A stretch of DNA of 64,000 bases from a virus: positions 9,219-73,218 of the IMG/VR virus record IMGVR_UViG_3300021088_000008. One strand, written 5' to 3'. The notes under the pieces are model-generated. The model made no database searches and was not told where the DNA came from. It saw only the letters and a list, made by a program, of their open reading frames with translations. Positions 47,986-57,674 of this stretch are shown here, one piece after another. Position 1 is the stretch's first letter; the number at the start of each line of letters is the position of its first letter. The translations under genes and the position numbers were made by a program.

Positions 47986-48558
47986 ATGGCCGCCACCACA
48001 GCGACTACGATAATCCGTCCAGATCCAGATCCGACGCTGCTTACGACGGAAAACCTGCGTCGTGAGATTGCCAATCTTAAAGAACTCAGCGATACGAAAT
48101 TTGGCGGAGTAAGTAACTCCATAGGATCACTTCATGATCTGTTCACCGCCGAGTTGGATAAGTTGGCAAGCGTTACGGCGGAACGATTCACTGCTGTTGG
48201 GGCTCAGTTCACGGAACGCGATACGCGAACAGATCAGCGGGCTGGGGATACCAAACTGGCCGTTGATGCCGCATTTGCCGCCGCCAAAGAAGCAACAGCG
48301 GAAATCAAAACAGGATTCACGAAATCCATTGATGCGCTGCAGACTTTGATTACGGCGAATACCAAGGCCGCGGATGACAAGATTGATGATCTCAAGGAGC
48401 GGCTCACGACGATGGAAGCTAGAACCCAGGGGATAGGATCTGCAAATCAGGATAATCGGGCTCTAGTATTCGCGGTCATCGGATCCGTATTCGGCGTGAT
48501 AGCGCTTTTCATCGCAGCCGGATCTCTGATCACCGCGATAATCTCTCATAGCCATTGA
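47986..48558 (+). CDS. Coiled-coil protein with a C-terminal TM
   Basis: Heptad pattern, KIDDLKERLTTME, terminal hydrophobic helix. Confidence 0.7.
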   Translation: MAATTATTIIRPDPDPTLLTTENLRREIANLKELSDTKFGGVSNSIGSLHDLFTAELDKLASVTAERFTAVGAQFTERDTRTDQRAGDTKLAVDAAFAAAKEATAEIKTGFTKSIDALQTLITANTKAADDKIDDLKERLTTMEARTQGIGSANQDNRALVFAVIGSVFGVIALFIAAGSLITAIISHSH

Positions 48559-48582
48559 AGAGCGACGTCGGGGAATGGGGAA

Positions 48583-48771
48583 ATGGCCTCGGTGCAATGG
48601 AAGTGCCTTGCCAACGTCTCAAGGAACGGCGACGAGATGTTCTTGCTGAAGCCGGACCCGCCGGACGGCGGATCGCATCTGATGGGCCAGATTTCAAAGG
48701 CAATCGTTCAATTCGCGATCGGCGAGACCTGGGAGGTCACATTTCGTAAGGTCGAGCCGGAGGCGCCTTGA
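48583..48771 (+). CDS. Hypothetical protein
   Basis: 62 aa, end of the late operon. Confidence 0.45.
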   Translation: MASVQWKCLANVSRNGDEMFLLKPDPPDGGSHLMGQISKAIVQFAIGETWEVTFRKVEPEAP

Positions 48772-48940
48772 GCCAATCGACCCTTCGAATCCACGATCCG
48801 CACCGGTAGCCCCCGCTCCGAACCTCATTGTCGATGCAGCACACTGCTTTCATCACGTCATCCTCTGGAACCGAAATTGATTTGTTCCACCTGCCGCAGT
48901 TCGAGCAGGATCGATGCCCGATCGGATCAAGAGCGCTCAC
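48737..48940 (-). CDS. Small Cys-rich protein
   Basis: CSNCGRW..C..C..W. Confidence 0.45.
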   Translation of the reverse strand: MSALDPIGHRSCSNCGRWNKSISVPEDDVMKAVCCIDNEVRSGGYRCGSWIRRVDWLKAPPARPYEM

Positions 48941-49077
48941 TTGCCCAATTTCCCCAACCTATCGCGCATGACCGGCGGCGGATTGCCCATAAGAACCGCC
49001 TGCCAAAAAGCAAGCGTGATGCCGATTGGTATCATGATCCATGCGGTGGGGTCGAATATGCTGTTGCGGTTCATTGG

Positions 49078-49620
49078 TTACCTCTTCAGGCTGTTCGGCG
49101 GCAGCCGCTGCAGGATGCTGGAGATATCGTCGAGGTCCATCGGATGGATGGCACGACCCTCAGGCGCAGGGCGCGCTGCGGGCTGCTCCTCGATCGGGGG
49201 CGGCTTGGGAAGAACGCCGCCGGCGGCGGCATCGGCTTGGACCACATAAAGCAGCGCCTGCACGATGACCGAGAAACTTGCCCGGAGCCCCTGCGCCTGG
49301 CCGTGAAAGTCCAGGGCGCGCCGCTTCTCGTCGTCGGCCTCCTCGACCAGGAACGCGACTTTTTCCCGGAGCTCGCGCTCGAGCGCGTCAACCCGTTCGC
49401 TGAGGCGCAGGTTCTCCTGCCGGTCCCGCTCGGCGGCGAGGCGGGCCTCATCGCGTTCCAGCCGCATCTCCTCCCAGCTGGCGGCGAGGTCCTCGGCGGC
49501 GCGGAGGATCGGATTGTCGCGGGTGCGGGGAACCGTGCGGACCGATTCCGGATCTGGCATGGAAAGGACGGCCTCGGCCATCTGGCGGTCGCGAAGTCGC
49601 TCGACAAAGGGTGGTGCCAT
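49078..49620 (-). CDS. Coiled-coil hypothetical protein
   Basis: AGGAG RBS, heptads. Confidence 0.65.
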   Translation of the reverse strand: MAPPFVERLRDRQMAEAVLSMPDPESVRTVPRTRDNPILRAAEDLAASWEEMRLERDEARLAAERDRQENLRLSERVDALERELREKVAFLVEEADDEKRRALDFHGQAQGLRASFSVIVQALLYVVQADAAAGGVLPKPPPIEEQPAARPAPEGRAIHPMDLDDISSILQRLPPNSLKR

Positions 49621-49746
49621 GGGGAACTCCTGTTTCAGGGGTGATGCCCCAGCGGAGGCCGCTGGGCGCGGTTGGTGTTGAGGTAGGCCACCATAGCGGC
49701 CGGTTCGGAATGACGCGCATGGGCCAGAATGTGGCCCGACGTCGGT

Positions 49747-50433
49747 CTATTTGGCGGAAACGTCGTCGTCGAGGATGGGGCCAAGCGCGGAAAGGACCGT
49801 TACCGGTATATCGTTCCGGTCCATGTGGAGTTCGCTGGCCTTGATCCGGGCGAGGTCCTGGGTCCCGGGCGCGGGACTGGCATTGAGGTCGGCGTACTGG
49901 CGCTGGAACTCGTCGTATTCGGGCGTACCGGGCTTGATCTCGGTCACCGGCTTGTCGGGGGTCCGCTCATTCGCCTTGGCGAGGAGTTCCTTGATGATCG
50001 CCTGCCGGGAGGTCTCGACCGATCTCGCGACGCCGTCGAGAATCGCAATGTCGCTAGCGATCCGGAGCCGCAAAGATGCCGATCCGAAGTCCCACGGGAT
50101 CATGACCATGTTGTCGATGCCGCCCTGTTTCACGACGATAATGTGGCCGTCCATGTTCCTCAGCGCCGTGGCCATCGCGGCCGCTTGGGCAATCGTGATC
50201 TTGCCGGCGGTCTCCGCTTTCGCCGCGATCGGGATGAAAATGAGGACCGCGATAAAGATCAGCATCAGGATTGCCGCAGTAATCGCCGCCGCATAGCCGA
50301 CGATCACCGACGCGCGGTGGATCAACGCCGCATCGCTCAGCAATTCCTCATCGACAAACGAGGGCCGCGCGGTTCTAAATGGCCCTCGGCGGATCGGGTA
50401 TCGGCTCATATCGACCGTATGCTCGTTCTTCAT
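49747..50433 (-). CDS. Membrane-anchored hypothetical protein
   Basis: AAGGA RBS, TM segment ending AKA. Confidence 0.65.
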   Translation of the reverse strand: MKNEHTVDMSRYPIRRGPFRTARPSFVDEELLSDAALIHRASVIVGYAAAITAAILMLIFIAVLIFIPIAAKAETAGKITIAQAAAMATALRNMDGHIIVVKQGGIDNMVMIPWDFGSASLRLRIASDIAILDGVARSVETSRQAIIKELLAKANERTPDKPVTEIKPGTPEYDEFQRQYADLNASPAPGTQDLARIKASELHMDRNDIPVTVLSALGPILDDDVSAK

Positions 50434-50471
50434 TGGACGTTCCTTTAGTTGGCTTACTGGATTCTATGGGT

Positions 50472-50860
50472 TCAGGCCTCAATCATCTTTTCGAGATAAT
50501 CGGCAAGCGACCTCCGTTGTTCGGCAGTCAATTGCATCACCGAGCGACACGAAATCCCTGAGGCTTCGTTAGGAATGAAACGACGTCGTTAAAATCTCCT
50601 GTCGATGTCTCCGAGTTGTCCATGATCCCAAGCAGATCATTCGTCGTCACGCCGAGATGGGCGGCGACCTCTTTGATGCGTCCGGAGCCGACTTTGTTCA
50701 CCCCCATTTCGTACTTCTGAATCTGCTGGAAACTGACCCCGATCTTATCGCCTAGATCGGTCTGGCTGATCTTCTTCGACAATCGGTGCAGGCGGATACG
50801 AGCGCCGATCTCTTTGTCGGCCGCAGTCGGGGATCGCGCGGCGTGCTGTGATGTCGTCAT
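50472..50860 (-). pseudogene. XRE-family HTH regulator with an apparent 3' frameshift
   Basis: IGARIRLHR..SQTDLG..IGVSFQQIQKYEMG.N. Stop at 50537, while a typical terminal helix VMQLTAEQRRSLADYLEKMIEA continues in another frame to 50472. Confidence 0.6.
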
Positions 50861-50903
50861 TTCATTCTCCTAGTGATGCTGCTGAACCCGCAGCGGGTTT
50901 GGA

Positions 50904-51563
50904 TTAAGGCCGCTTCCATTTCCGCAATTCGGTTCCTTCTGGGACGCGGTTGCGGCCGCGCGCGAGAGGGTGGATAGGACTTCCATCGGATGTCGTTCCG
51001 ATGCAATGCCATGTCGGCGGGATCGGAACGCAGCCATACTCGGTGTCCTGAACCCGCATGCAGACGCCGACCAGGAAGTTATCCAGGTCGACCGGGTCGG
51101 GGCCGAGACCCCAAGCGGCGACGCAGGTCGTATCCTCGGTGATCAACCCTGAGATGACGCGCTGATTGTGCAGGAAGGCCGACCAACTTCCGCGGTCGAT
51201 GCCGGTTTCCCAGAGTGGCATGCCGAGAGCTTCGTGGGCCTTATGATCGAATGTGCGCCGCCAAGCGTGCAGATCCTTGGGTTTCGACGCGATGAAAGGG
51301 TAGACGTTCGTGACCGTCATCGACCCGTACCCCCACGAATAGCTGAACTGCATCATCCGGAGCGTCGTCGGGTCGTCGCGCTTTCCATCGGCATCAGACG
51401 CGTTGAACAGATTCCAGAGGATGCGGGGCCCGGCACCCCAGGCGCGCGTCATGGACCATCGGTAGGGGCCTTCGATGTCGGCCGATCGGATGATTGGCTC
51501 CGACGGTCGCGGATGTTGCCGGGGCTCGACAGCGCCGGCGAATAGCCCGAGCTGCTCGGTCAT
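50904..51563 (-). CDS. DUF1643-family protein
   Basis: YRWSMTRAW, NASDAD..DDPT, NVYPFIASKP, VAAWG and GSPIHPL. Confidence 0.75.
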   Translation of the reverse strand: MTEQLGLFAGAVEPRQHPRPSEPIIRSADIEGPYRWSMTRAWGAGPRILWNLFNASDADGKRDDPTTLRMMQFSYSWGYGSMTVTNVYPFIASKPKDLHAWRRTFDHKAHEALGMPLWETGIDRGSWSAFLHNQRVISGLITEDTTCVAAWGLGPDPVDLDNFLVGVCMRVQDTEYGCVPIPPTWHCIGTTSDGSPIHPLARGRNRVPEGTELRKWKRP

Positions 51564-51769
51564 ATCGCCTCCAGCCGCTCGCGGATGAAAATTTCGGTCT
51601 GGTCGAACACCACCGCGAACGCGCGATGCGAATGGTGCAGCCGAACCGTCTTCTCCGTTCGGACGAACGTGCATCCATTGTGTTGGATCACGAAGCAGAT
51701 CTCGGGGACCTGGACCTTGCCGACCCGGCGGTCGCGCTCGTCGATCAGGACTGCGGTTCGTGTGGTCAT
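51560..51769 (-). CDS. Hypothetical protein
   Basis: ATGA overlaps, GGAG RBS. Confidence 0.5.
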   Translation of the reverse strand: MTTRTAVLIDERDRRVGKVQVPEICFVIQHNGCTFVRTEKTVRLHHSHRAFAVVFDQTEIFIRERLEAI

Positions 51770-52092
51770 GGTCTCCACTTTCCTTCGATGTTGATCTCGC
51801 CGCCGCGTGCGGCCGACCACGCAAGGAAATCGACCTGTTGTCCGGTGAACGGGACTGGCATCGTCCAATCTGTGCAGTCGGATACCTGTAAGACCTGTCG
51901 ATAATAGAGATCACGCGTCAGTCGGCAGGCCCTGGAGCCGTCTGGATGTGTGATCCATTCTCCAGCGCGGGCGATCGGAATATGCTGATCGGCCATATCG
52001 ACCGGAATCGGTCTTGGAGAAAAATAAGCGTATCCCGATATGATCACGATAGCTGACAACAAAAGAACTGAAAATTCGACGGGGGTCTTCAT
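51766..52092 (-). CDS. Membrane-anchored hypothetical protein
   Basis: N-terminal TM. Confidence 0.5.
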   Translation of the reverse strand: MKTPVEFSVLLLSAIVIISGYAYFSPRPIPVDMADQHIPIARAGEWITHPDGSRACRLTRDLYYRQVLQVSDCTDWTMPVPFTGQQVDFLAWSAARGGEINIEGKWRP

Positions 52093-52517
52093 GACCTTTT
52101 CCTTTTCGGGAATGGACGGCTCGGTATCTTCGCCTTGTGCTTCGGGGAGCGCTCTAGCCGGACGGCTTTCCTGAACTCTTTGCGTTCGGCCCTCATGTCG
52201 GCTTGCGCGGCGTATTCCTCGAAATACTTCATTGCAAGCTTGAACGGGTCAATTCCGTGACGTGACCACCACACAAGCTCGTCGCCGAAATCGTGTTGTG
52301 CCATGTGATGCGCATGCTTGAGCGGAAGCGCCCAACAATCCGAAGGTTTTTCGGACATGCCTGTGGGGCGCTTGCCATGCAGCACAGAGCCCGCGCGCAG
52401 ATGCGCCGCGTCGGACGGCGCTGGCGATCCGCATCCACAAGCGCACGGCTGTTTGCGAAGCCACGCCAGATAGCCGGGACAGACGATGCGTGGCTGCTTT
52501 TGGCGCAACTCAGTCAT
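52089..52517 (-). CDS. DUF968-like HNH-fold protein
   Basis: YLAWLRKQPCACGC..DAAHLR..GM..KPSD.WALPL...HH..QH. Confidence 0.7.
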   Translation of the reverse strand: MTELRQKQPRIVCPGYLAWLRKQPCACGCGSPAPSDAAHLRAGSVLHGKRPTGMSEKPSDCWALPLKHAHHMAQHDFGDELVWWSRHGIDPFKLAMKYFEEYAAQADMRAERKEFRKAVRLERSPKHKAKIPSRPFPKRKRS

Positions 52518-52549
52518 TGCTTCGCCCTCTTCCATTTCCAGTTTGAAAT

Positions 52550-52774
52550 CTAGTCTTCATACCAATCGAATGGCGGTTCCTGCCCGCAATTGTCGCAATA
52601 CGTTCCATCGCGATGACGGTTAAAATCGTGATCGGGGCAGTGATCCGGGCAATAGGTGCGCCGAAACAGGTAGGCCCAGAGGCCGCGCGGATCGTAACTG
52701 ATGACGCCTGCGCTTGATCCGCATACTCGGCATCGCGACATCAACCGATTCGTGATTTGAAGGCGCGGCATCAT
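52550..52774 (-). CDS. Small Cys/His-rich protein
   Basis: CRVC, CPDHC and CDNCG. Confidence 0.5.
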   Translation of the reverse strand: MMPRLQITNRLMSRCRVCGSSAGVISYDPRGLWAYLFRRTYCPDHCPDHDFNRHRDGTYCDNCGQEPPFDWYED

Positions 52775-52855
52775 TTCTTCCTTCCGCCGGACCTGATTTT
52801 CTTCGCCCCTTGCGTCTTAGCAATCTGGGCTCTGAGGTCCGAGGTCGAGGGCTTT

Positions 52856-53107
52856 TTACCCTTCGCCTGCTTCCCCTCGCGCAGTGCCTTCAATTGAAGT
52901 TCCTTCACTCCCGGCGGTGGCGACATCGGTCTTCTCCTGTTTTGGCTTCGGATTGCAGATATCACATCGCTTCGAGCAGTACCGGCACCACGGATCATCC
53001 TGATCAACGCAGCATCCGTCAATGCAATCATTCACCCGGCCTTCGCCACCGCAATTCCAGCACTCGCTGTCGTCAAGATCGTCATCGTATTCGTGCGGGT
53101 CGCTCAT
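52856..53107 (-). CDS. Small zinc-finger protein
   Basis: CWNCGGEG..C..C..CDIC. Confidence 0.55.
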   Translation of the reverse strand: MSDPHEYDDDLDDSECWNCGGEGRVNDCIDGCCVDQDDPWCRYCSKRCDICNPKPKQEKTDVATAGSEGTSIEGTARGEAGEG

Positions 53108-53694
53108 GCTCCGAGTTCCTGCTTGGCCTCTTGATAGGCAACATTGAGTTCTGCCATGAGGCTGTCGTTACCGCCCGCATCTGGATGGCGGTTCCTGGCC
53201 TTCTCCCGGAAGATTTCCGTGATATCGCCACGCCAATCCGGTTTGACACCGAACACCTCGCGCCAAGGCTTCTTCCAATCTGGCGGAGCGATGGCGGCAA
53301 AGCCGGCGAAGGCGCGCTCCATCATGACGGACCCGCCATGGCGCTCGATTGATCGGATTGATTCAATCGTGAGAACCAAAGACCGCATGTTTTCCCATGG
53401 AGTCCAATAGCGATCACGGGCCATGGAGAGCGGCCGCTTTTTCAAATTGAAATAGATCGCTACGCCAGGATCGTCATAGCGACGCTTGGCTGCGTCGGAA
53501 TACGGCAGCCCGTCCTGCCGGACTGGGACATTCGATGAGACGATGACGTCCGTGGCGCCGAGCAACCGAAGCTCGCGCTGGAGTTCCTTGATTTGGTTGT
53601 AGGTATTGCCGCCAAACCTTGACTTCCCGCGCTGCGACCATGTTGAGCGCGGCCAGCCGGCGGGCCAGTGAAGCGGATAAGATTCCATGGTCAT
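53104..53694 (-). CDS. J-domain-containing phage protein
   Basis: YPLHWPAGWPR, DPGVAIYF, and a C-terminal J-domain with HPD (HPDAGG..MAELNVAY). Confidence 0.8.
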   Translation of the reverse strand: MTMESYPLHWPAGWPRSTWSQRGKSRFGGNTYNQIKELQRELRLLGATDVIVSSNVPVRQDGLPYSDAAKRRYDDPGVAIYFNLKKRPLSMARDRYWTPWENMRSLVLTIESIRSIERHGGSVMMERAFAGFAAIAPPDWKKPWREVFGVKPDWRGDITEIFREKARNRHPDAGGNDSLMAELNVAYQEAKQELGA

Positions 53695-54020
53695 TATGCT
53701 GATCCTTCCCCATAAGCCTCAAGCGCTTGACGAATATGATGCCAATTAGCGACCACGACATTCGCGACCGCGACCATCTTGCCTTCGTCGTACCAGCCAT
53801 GCGAGGTCTTGGCCGCCTTCATCCGAAACATGACCTTTTCAAGCTCGGTGAGTGCGGCGCTGTTCGGGAGCTTCGACCGCGCGCGCAGATCCGCGGCAAT
53901 CGCCGTGAGCGCTTCGAACATCTCCGCATTGCCTGCCGGCTCGCCTCGCCTCCGGTGCGCGATGATGACTTGCTCGATCGCTTCGATCTGCTGCGCCAGT
54001 GTCGATACGTTCAGGCTCAT
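53694..54020 (-). CDS. Hypothetical protein
   Basis: TLAQQIEAIE motif, operon context. Confidence 0.55.
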   Translation of the reverse strand: MSLNVSTLAQQIEAIEQVIIAHRRRGEPAGNAEMFEALTAIAADLRARSKLPNSAALTELEKVMFRMKAAKTSHGWYDEGKMVAVANVVVANWHHIRQALEAYGEGSA

Positions 54021-54027
54021 GATACGC

Positions 54028-54213
54028 TCATCTCAATTTTATTGGTTCGATTGAACGCAATTCAATTTTATGGAAGGCATAAGGCGGCTTCGGCCCCTCC
54101 CACGAAACAAATGAAAAGTCACTATTGAATACGCTGATTACTCGATCCTGCTGCTTCAGTAGAAGATCTACCAGCATGAGGTCCGTCGTAACTATCTTGA
54201 TCTCAGTCGGCAT
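54028..54213 (-). CDS. Hypothetical protein
   Basis: TAATG coupling with the upstream gene. Confidence 0.4.
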   Translation of the reverse strand: MPTEIKIVTTDLMLVDLLLKQQDRVISVFNSDFSFVSWEGPKPPYAFHKIELRSIEPIKLR

Positions 54214-54761
54214 TAGGCACTCCTCCCCGCGTTTTGCTTCAACTCTGCCGGCGTCGTCCTAGCCATTGAGGCAGCTCGAGCCAGGACAGCATCCTTGCTC
54301 GCCTGGAACCTATCTTTATGCATTCTGTTCGGCCCATACATCGCCTGGGATTCCGGCGTGTAGACGATCGCAACCGAGCCGTTAATCTTCACAATCGTGG
54401 CTTTGTCCTGCACCTTCAGCACGTCTCGTAGCACCCTGGCATCGGCGGCCGTGTTGAGTTCGTAACGGGTCTGGGTGCAAAACCCCTCCATGCAGAGACA
54501 CCACGCGCGCAGATGCTCCACCGAATCAAATTCCTGAGCGTATTCTTCGGCCAGGTTGTCGAAGGCCTCGGTGAGCGATGCGAAATAGTGGTTGTGCGAT
54601 GCCAGCGAACGATTCTCGACCAGCATGAGAGGATATTCTTCGTTGACGACAAACTGCGAAGCGCAAAGCCGTTCGAACCGCGGAAGCGGGATCATGTGCT
54701 GACCATCCCAAATGCAGATGATTGGTCGGAGCTTCGCGCTACGTGGTTTGCCGGCCGGCAT
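54213..54761 (-). CDS. Recombination-region protein (NinB-like candidate)
   Basis: RSLASHNHYFA, EHLRAWCL and FQASKDAVL. Downstream of the exonuclease. Confidence 0.6.
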   Translation of the reverse strand: MPAGKPRSAKLRPIICIWDGQHMIPLPRFERLCASQFVVNEEYPLMLVENRSLASHNHYFASLTEAFDNLAEEYAQEFDSVEHLRAWCLCMEGFCTQTRYELNTAADARVLRDVLKVQDKATIVKINGSVAIVYTPESQAMYGPNRMHKDRFQASKDAVLARAASMARTTPAELKQNAGRSA

Positions 54762-55030
54762 CAGGTCCGTTCCCGCTCTTTCAGCATGGCCTCTGCGACG
54801 TCATAGGCCCATTTCGCCGCGACGGACGGCTTGTTGAACTCGCGAGCCGATCCGGCGAGGACCTGGCCGGCGAACCAATCACGGAGCCTCATCCCGTAAT
54901 AGTGAGCCGGACCGCCGCCGTATTGGCCATCTCCGCTTGGAAACGCAGGACCGCCATCTCCAATTTGTCGCTGTTCTGGCAGAGGGCCGAAGGATTTTTC
55001 CTCATCCTTATCCGGATTGAACATGCCCAT
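54761..55030 (-). CDS. Conserved small phage protein
   Basis: DGGPAFP..GMRLRDWFAGQ..AYDVAEAML.ER. Confidence 0.75.
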   Translation of the reverse strand: MGMFNPDKDEEKSFGPLPEQRQIGDGGPAFPSGDGQYGGGPAHYYGMRLRDWFAGQVLAGSAREFNKPSVAAKWAYDVAEAMLKERERT

Positions 55031-55713
55031 TATCCTGCTTCTCCCATGTCTCTGATCTGCTTGACTAGCGTCTTCAGATCGAAATTGAACCGCTCAACTT
55101 CGTTAGAAAGTTCCTTGATAAAGGCATCATCTCGATAGACGCGGACGTCCACCGCTGGCATTGCATGATGGTGATAGATTGTCAGATCCCACCAACTGCG
55201 ATCGCAAACCCAGATATTTCCCTGGATCTGACAGCGATGTTCTGCCGGCATCGATGCGGGGCGCTGCAACATCGGGATCAGAACATGAGCCTCGGTCGCG
55301 ATCTTGATCTCAAGGCCGCCATCGAATCCAATTAACCCGTCTGGCGACGCTCCACATTGCTTCAATCCGGAGAAGTTCTTGACGAACCCGACTTGGCGAA
55401 CGAGGGCTTTCTTGCGCCGGGCGTAGGAATCGCGCGCTTCGGCCTCAAGCGCATTGCCTTTGTCCATCGCGCCGTTGCGGAATCCTTCCGATCCGGGTTC
55501 GCCGGTTATCAATTCTGCGGCAAGACGGTGAAGCAATTTCGTTCTCGTCATCGACGGTCCGCCGTCGCGACCATTTGCCATGATCGTCGAAAAATTCGAT
55601 GCCGTGGGGATGCCGAGACGGAGCATTCTCCATTCATCGGTTCCCTGCTGGCAATCATAGATCACCAATTGGCTCTTCGGCGCGATGGCAGCGGCGGTTG
55701 CTTTCTTAGCCAT
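55030..55713 (-). CDS. YqaJ / lambda-exonuclease family recombination nuclease
   Basis: QGTDEW..RLGIPTASNF, G.ALE.EAR, GASPDGL, LEIK and QIQG. Confidence 0.9.
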   Translation of the reverse strand: MAKKATAAAIAPKSQLVIYDCQQGTDEWRMLRLGIPTASNFSTIMANGRDGGPSMTRTKLLHRLAAELITGEPGSEGFRNGAMDKGNALEAEARDSYARRKKALVRQVGFVKNFSGLKQCGASPDGLIGFDGGLEIKIATEAHVLIPMLQRPASMPAEHRCQIQGNIWVCDRSWWDLTIYHHHAMPAVDVRVYRDDAFIKELSNEVERFNFDLKTLVKQIRDMGEAG

Positions 55714-56599
55714 GACGTTCCTTCGCCTGCTTGTTCGCGTGGAAATCCTCGCAGGCCTTCACCGCGGCATCGAAGAGATTCGCCGGGAGGTCTGCGGTTT
55801 TCTCGATGCCGTAGTGCTCGTGAAATTTGGCGAGGGAGACGCCGCACCAATTGATCTTTTCCAGCAGAGTTTCCTTTTGCGCGGCCGTGATCGTTGGGAC
55901 ATGGTCTGGGACCTCGGCCAGGCCGCCGCCCTTGGCGGGCTTGAAGTTGCCCTGATGACCATCGGTATCGATATCTTCCGGCGCCTCACTCACGATATTC
56001 AAAAGAGCAATCGTGCAGTAACGGCGCCCGTAGGACATCGAAGAACCCCAACCTTGGACATTATTCTTCGACCCAGATGCTTCGGCCGGCAGCGGAAAGG
56101 ACGTGGTCCGACTGTGTCCCATCTCATGCTCAAGGATGCCACGCACAATGATGCGAGCGCCGTCTGTGCTGGGCTCCGTCGAGAACGAGAGACTGAAGCC
56201 GTGCCGCTTCAATGGAGCCGCCACGGCCTTCATGATGGCGTTGAACGTCGCGTATGGGGTGGCCTGCTGAACCTTTCCAGACCTTTCACCACTGCTGTCT
56301 TTGGCTCGGATCTCAATCTTCCCATCGCGGCGAATTGCCGGAATTTCGTTCTGGAGTTTGATGAATGCAGCGGTGAATGCTTTCTGTGAATCGCGCTCTT
56401 CGATCTGACGCGACATATCCAGCAGCGCTTGCATTTTCTGGACGTCGCACCGGGGATCGGCCGCTGCCTGGGCAATGACGGCCAGGAGGCTCTTCGGTTC
56501 GGGGACGACAGCCAGATTTCGCCGACTGGTCTCATCCGTCGCATTCGGAACCCGGACGCGCTCTTTCGTCGGCGTGATGTCTTTCATCTCGGCGGCCAT
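55706..56599 (-). CDS. erf: ERF-family single-strand annealing protein
   Basis: YATFNAI, HGFSLSF, L.H..GH, and QGWGSSMSYGRRY..ALLNI..DTDG. Confidence 0.88.
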   Translation of the reverse strand: MAAEMKDITPTKERVRVPNATDETSRRNLAVVPEPKSLLAVIAQAAADPRCDVQKMQALLDMSRQIEERDSQKAFTAAFIKLQNEIPAIRRDGKIEIRAKDSSGERSGKVQQATPYATFNAIMKAVAAPLKRHGFSLSFSTEPSTDGARIIVRGILEHEMGHSRTTSFPLPAEASGSKNNVQGWGSSMSYGRRYCTIALLNIVSEAPEDIDTDGHQGNFKPAKGGGLAEVPDHVPTITAAQKETLLEKINWCGVSLAKFHEHYGIEKTADLPANLFDAAVKACEDFHANKQAKERHG

Positions 56600-56931
56600 C
56601 AGAAGGGGATATCGTCGCAGTAGTCGCGCGCGGCATCGAGCGCTAGCTTGAGGCGCGGAAACGGATCATCTGCACCATCCTTGATGAGCCCGGCCGCCCC
56701 CAGACATTCACCTGCCGCTCGAAACAATTCGGCGAACTTCGGCATCGCGTTCTTGGCCTCTTGTTCCAGCCGATACACCCTCCCCTGCAGGCTCACGGTT
56801 TCCCGCTCGGCCTGCTGCGCCCGCATTTCGGCGTCGGATTGCCGCTCGGTCGCCTGGCGCGCGTTGTGATGCGAATCCAGTAGCGCTTCAAGGACTTTGT
56901 CGAAGGCTTCCTCGCCGCTGAAACAATCCAT
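56599..56931 (-). CDS. Hypothetical protein ending DDIPF
   Basis: GGAG RBS, acidic SSB-like C-terminal tip. Confidence 0.6.
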   Translation of the reverse strand: MDCFSGEEAFDKVLEALLDSHHNARQATERQSDAEMRAQQAERETVSLQGRVYRLEQEAKNAMPKFAELFRAAGECLGAAGLIKDGADDPFPRLKLALDAARDYCDDIPF

Positions 56932-56983
56932 GTTGATTCTCCGTTTTCAAGTTTGAGGTGATAATTTACACCGTCGCTGCGGC

Positions 56984-57325
56984 TTAGTCCACAGAAACCA
57001 TCGGATATCCGCTATTCGTAGATCTGGCGAAAACAGCGGAAATGGTTCGAGGGTGTGAGACGATCGATCCGGTGACCCCATCGGCCGCCATCTTGACCGG
57101 TTCCTGCCAGGGCTTCCCGGTCTGGTCGATGAACGGCGCCAGCGCTTTGGCATCCTTCGACGGGATGTAGCCGACGTGCTGTCCGTCGATCCAGACCATC
57201 ACGGCATTTGGGTCATATTGATTCTTGGGCTCCCGAACCAGGGTGACCGGGACGCCCGGCAATGTGCCGGCGAGATACGGGTCAAGCCCGCGGTGCTTCT
57301 GGCCTACGATCGAATATTGCTTCAT
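56984..57325 (-). CDS. HIRAN-domain protein
   Basis: IVGQKHR..LVREPKNQYDPNAVMV..HVGYIP. Confidence 0.82.
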   Translation of the reverse strand: MKQYSIVGQKHRGLDPYLAGTLPGVPVTLVREPKNQYDPNAVMVWIDGQHVGYIPSKDAKALAPFIDQTGKPWQEPVKMAADGVTGSIVSHPRTISAVFARSTNSGYPMVSVD

Positions 57326-57663
57326 GACTCCTCTTCTCCCTTCGTTCGTTCTTCGATTCGGTTCAAAGCATAGCCGTAAAGCCAACTTGAACCATCGACG
57401 TAGAGACGCCGAGATTTGAATGGCCGCCCCTCGCACACTTGGTCGGGATCGTCGCCTGGGATATCGACTTCGAACCGATCACCATTTGGCTTCACGAACG
57501 AGAACCCAAACCATCCCCCGGCCACATCGTCTGCGGCCGATTGGCGAAATACGGTTGCGCGATCAATTTCGAGGTCATCGCAAATCCGATCGCAGATGAT
57601 CATGGCGTTCGCTTCGGTGGCGCCAGATTTTGCTTCAGTACCTGGGTTGATGATGATTATCAT
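57322..57663 (-). CDS. Hypothetical protein
   Basis: GAGGAG RBS, RLYVDGSSWL. Confidence 0.6.
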   Translation of the reverse strand: MIIIINPGTEAKSGATEANAMIICDRICDDLEIDRATVFRQSAADDVAGGWFGFSFVKPNGDRFEVDIPGDDPDQVCEGRPFKSRRLYVDGSSWLYGYALNRIEERTKGEEES

Positions 57664-57674
57664 GTCTTTTCTCC

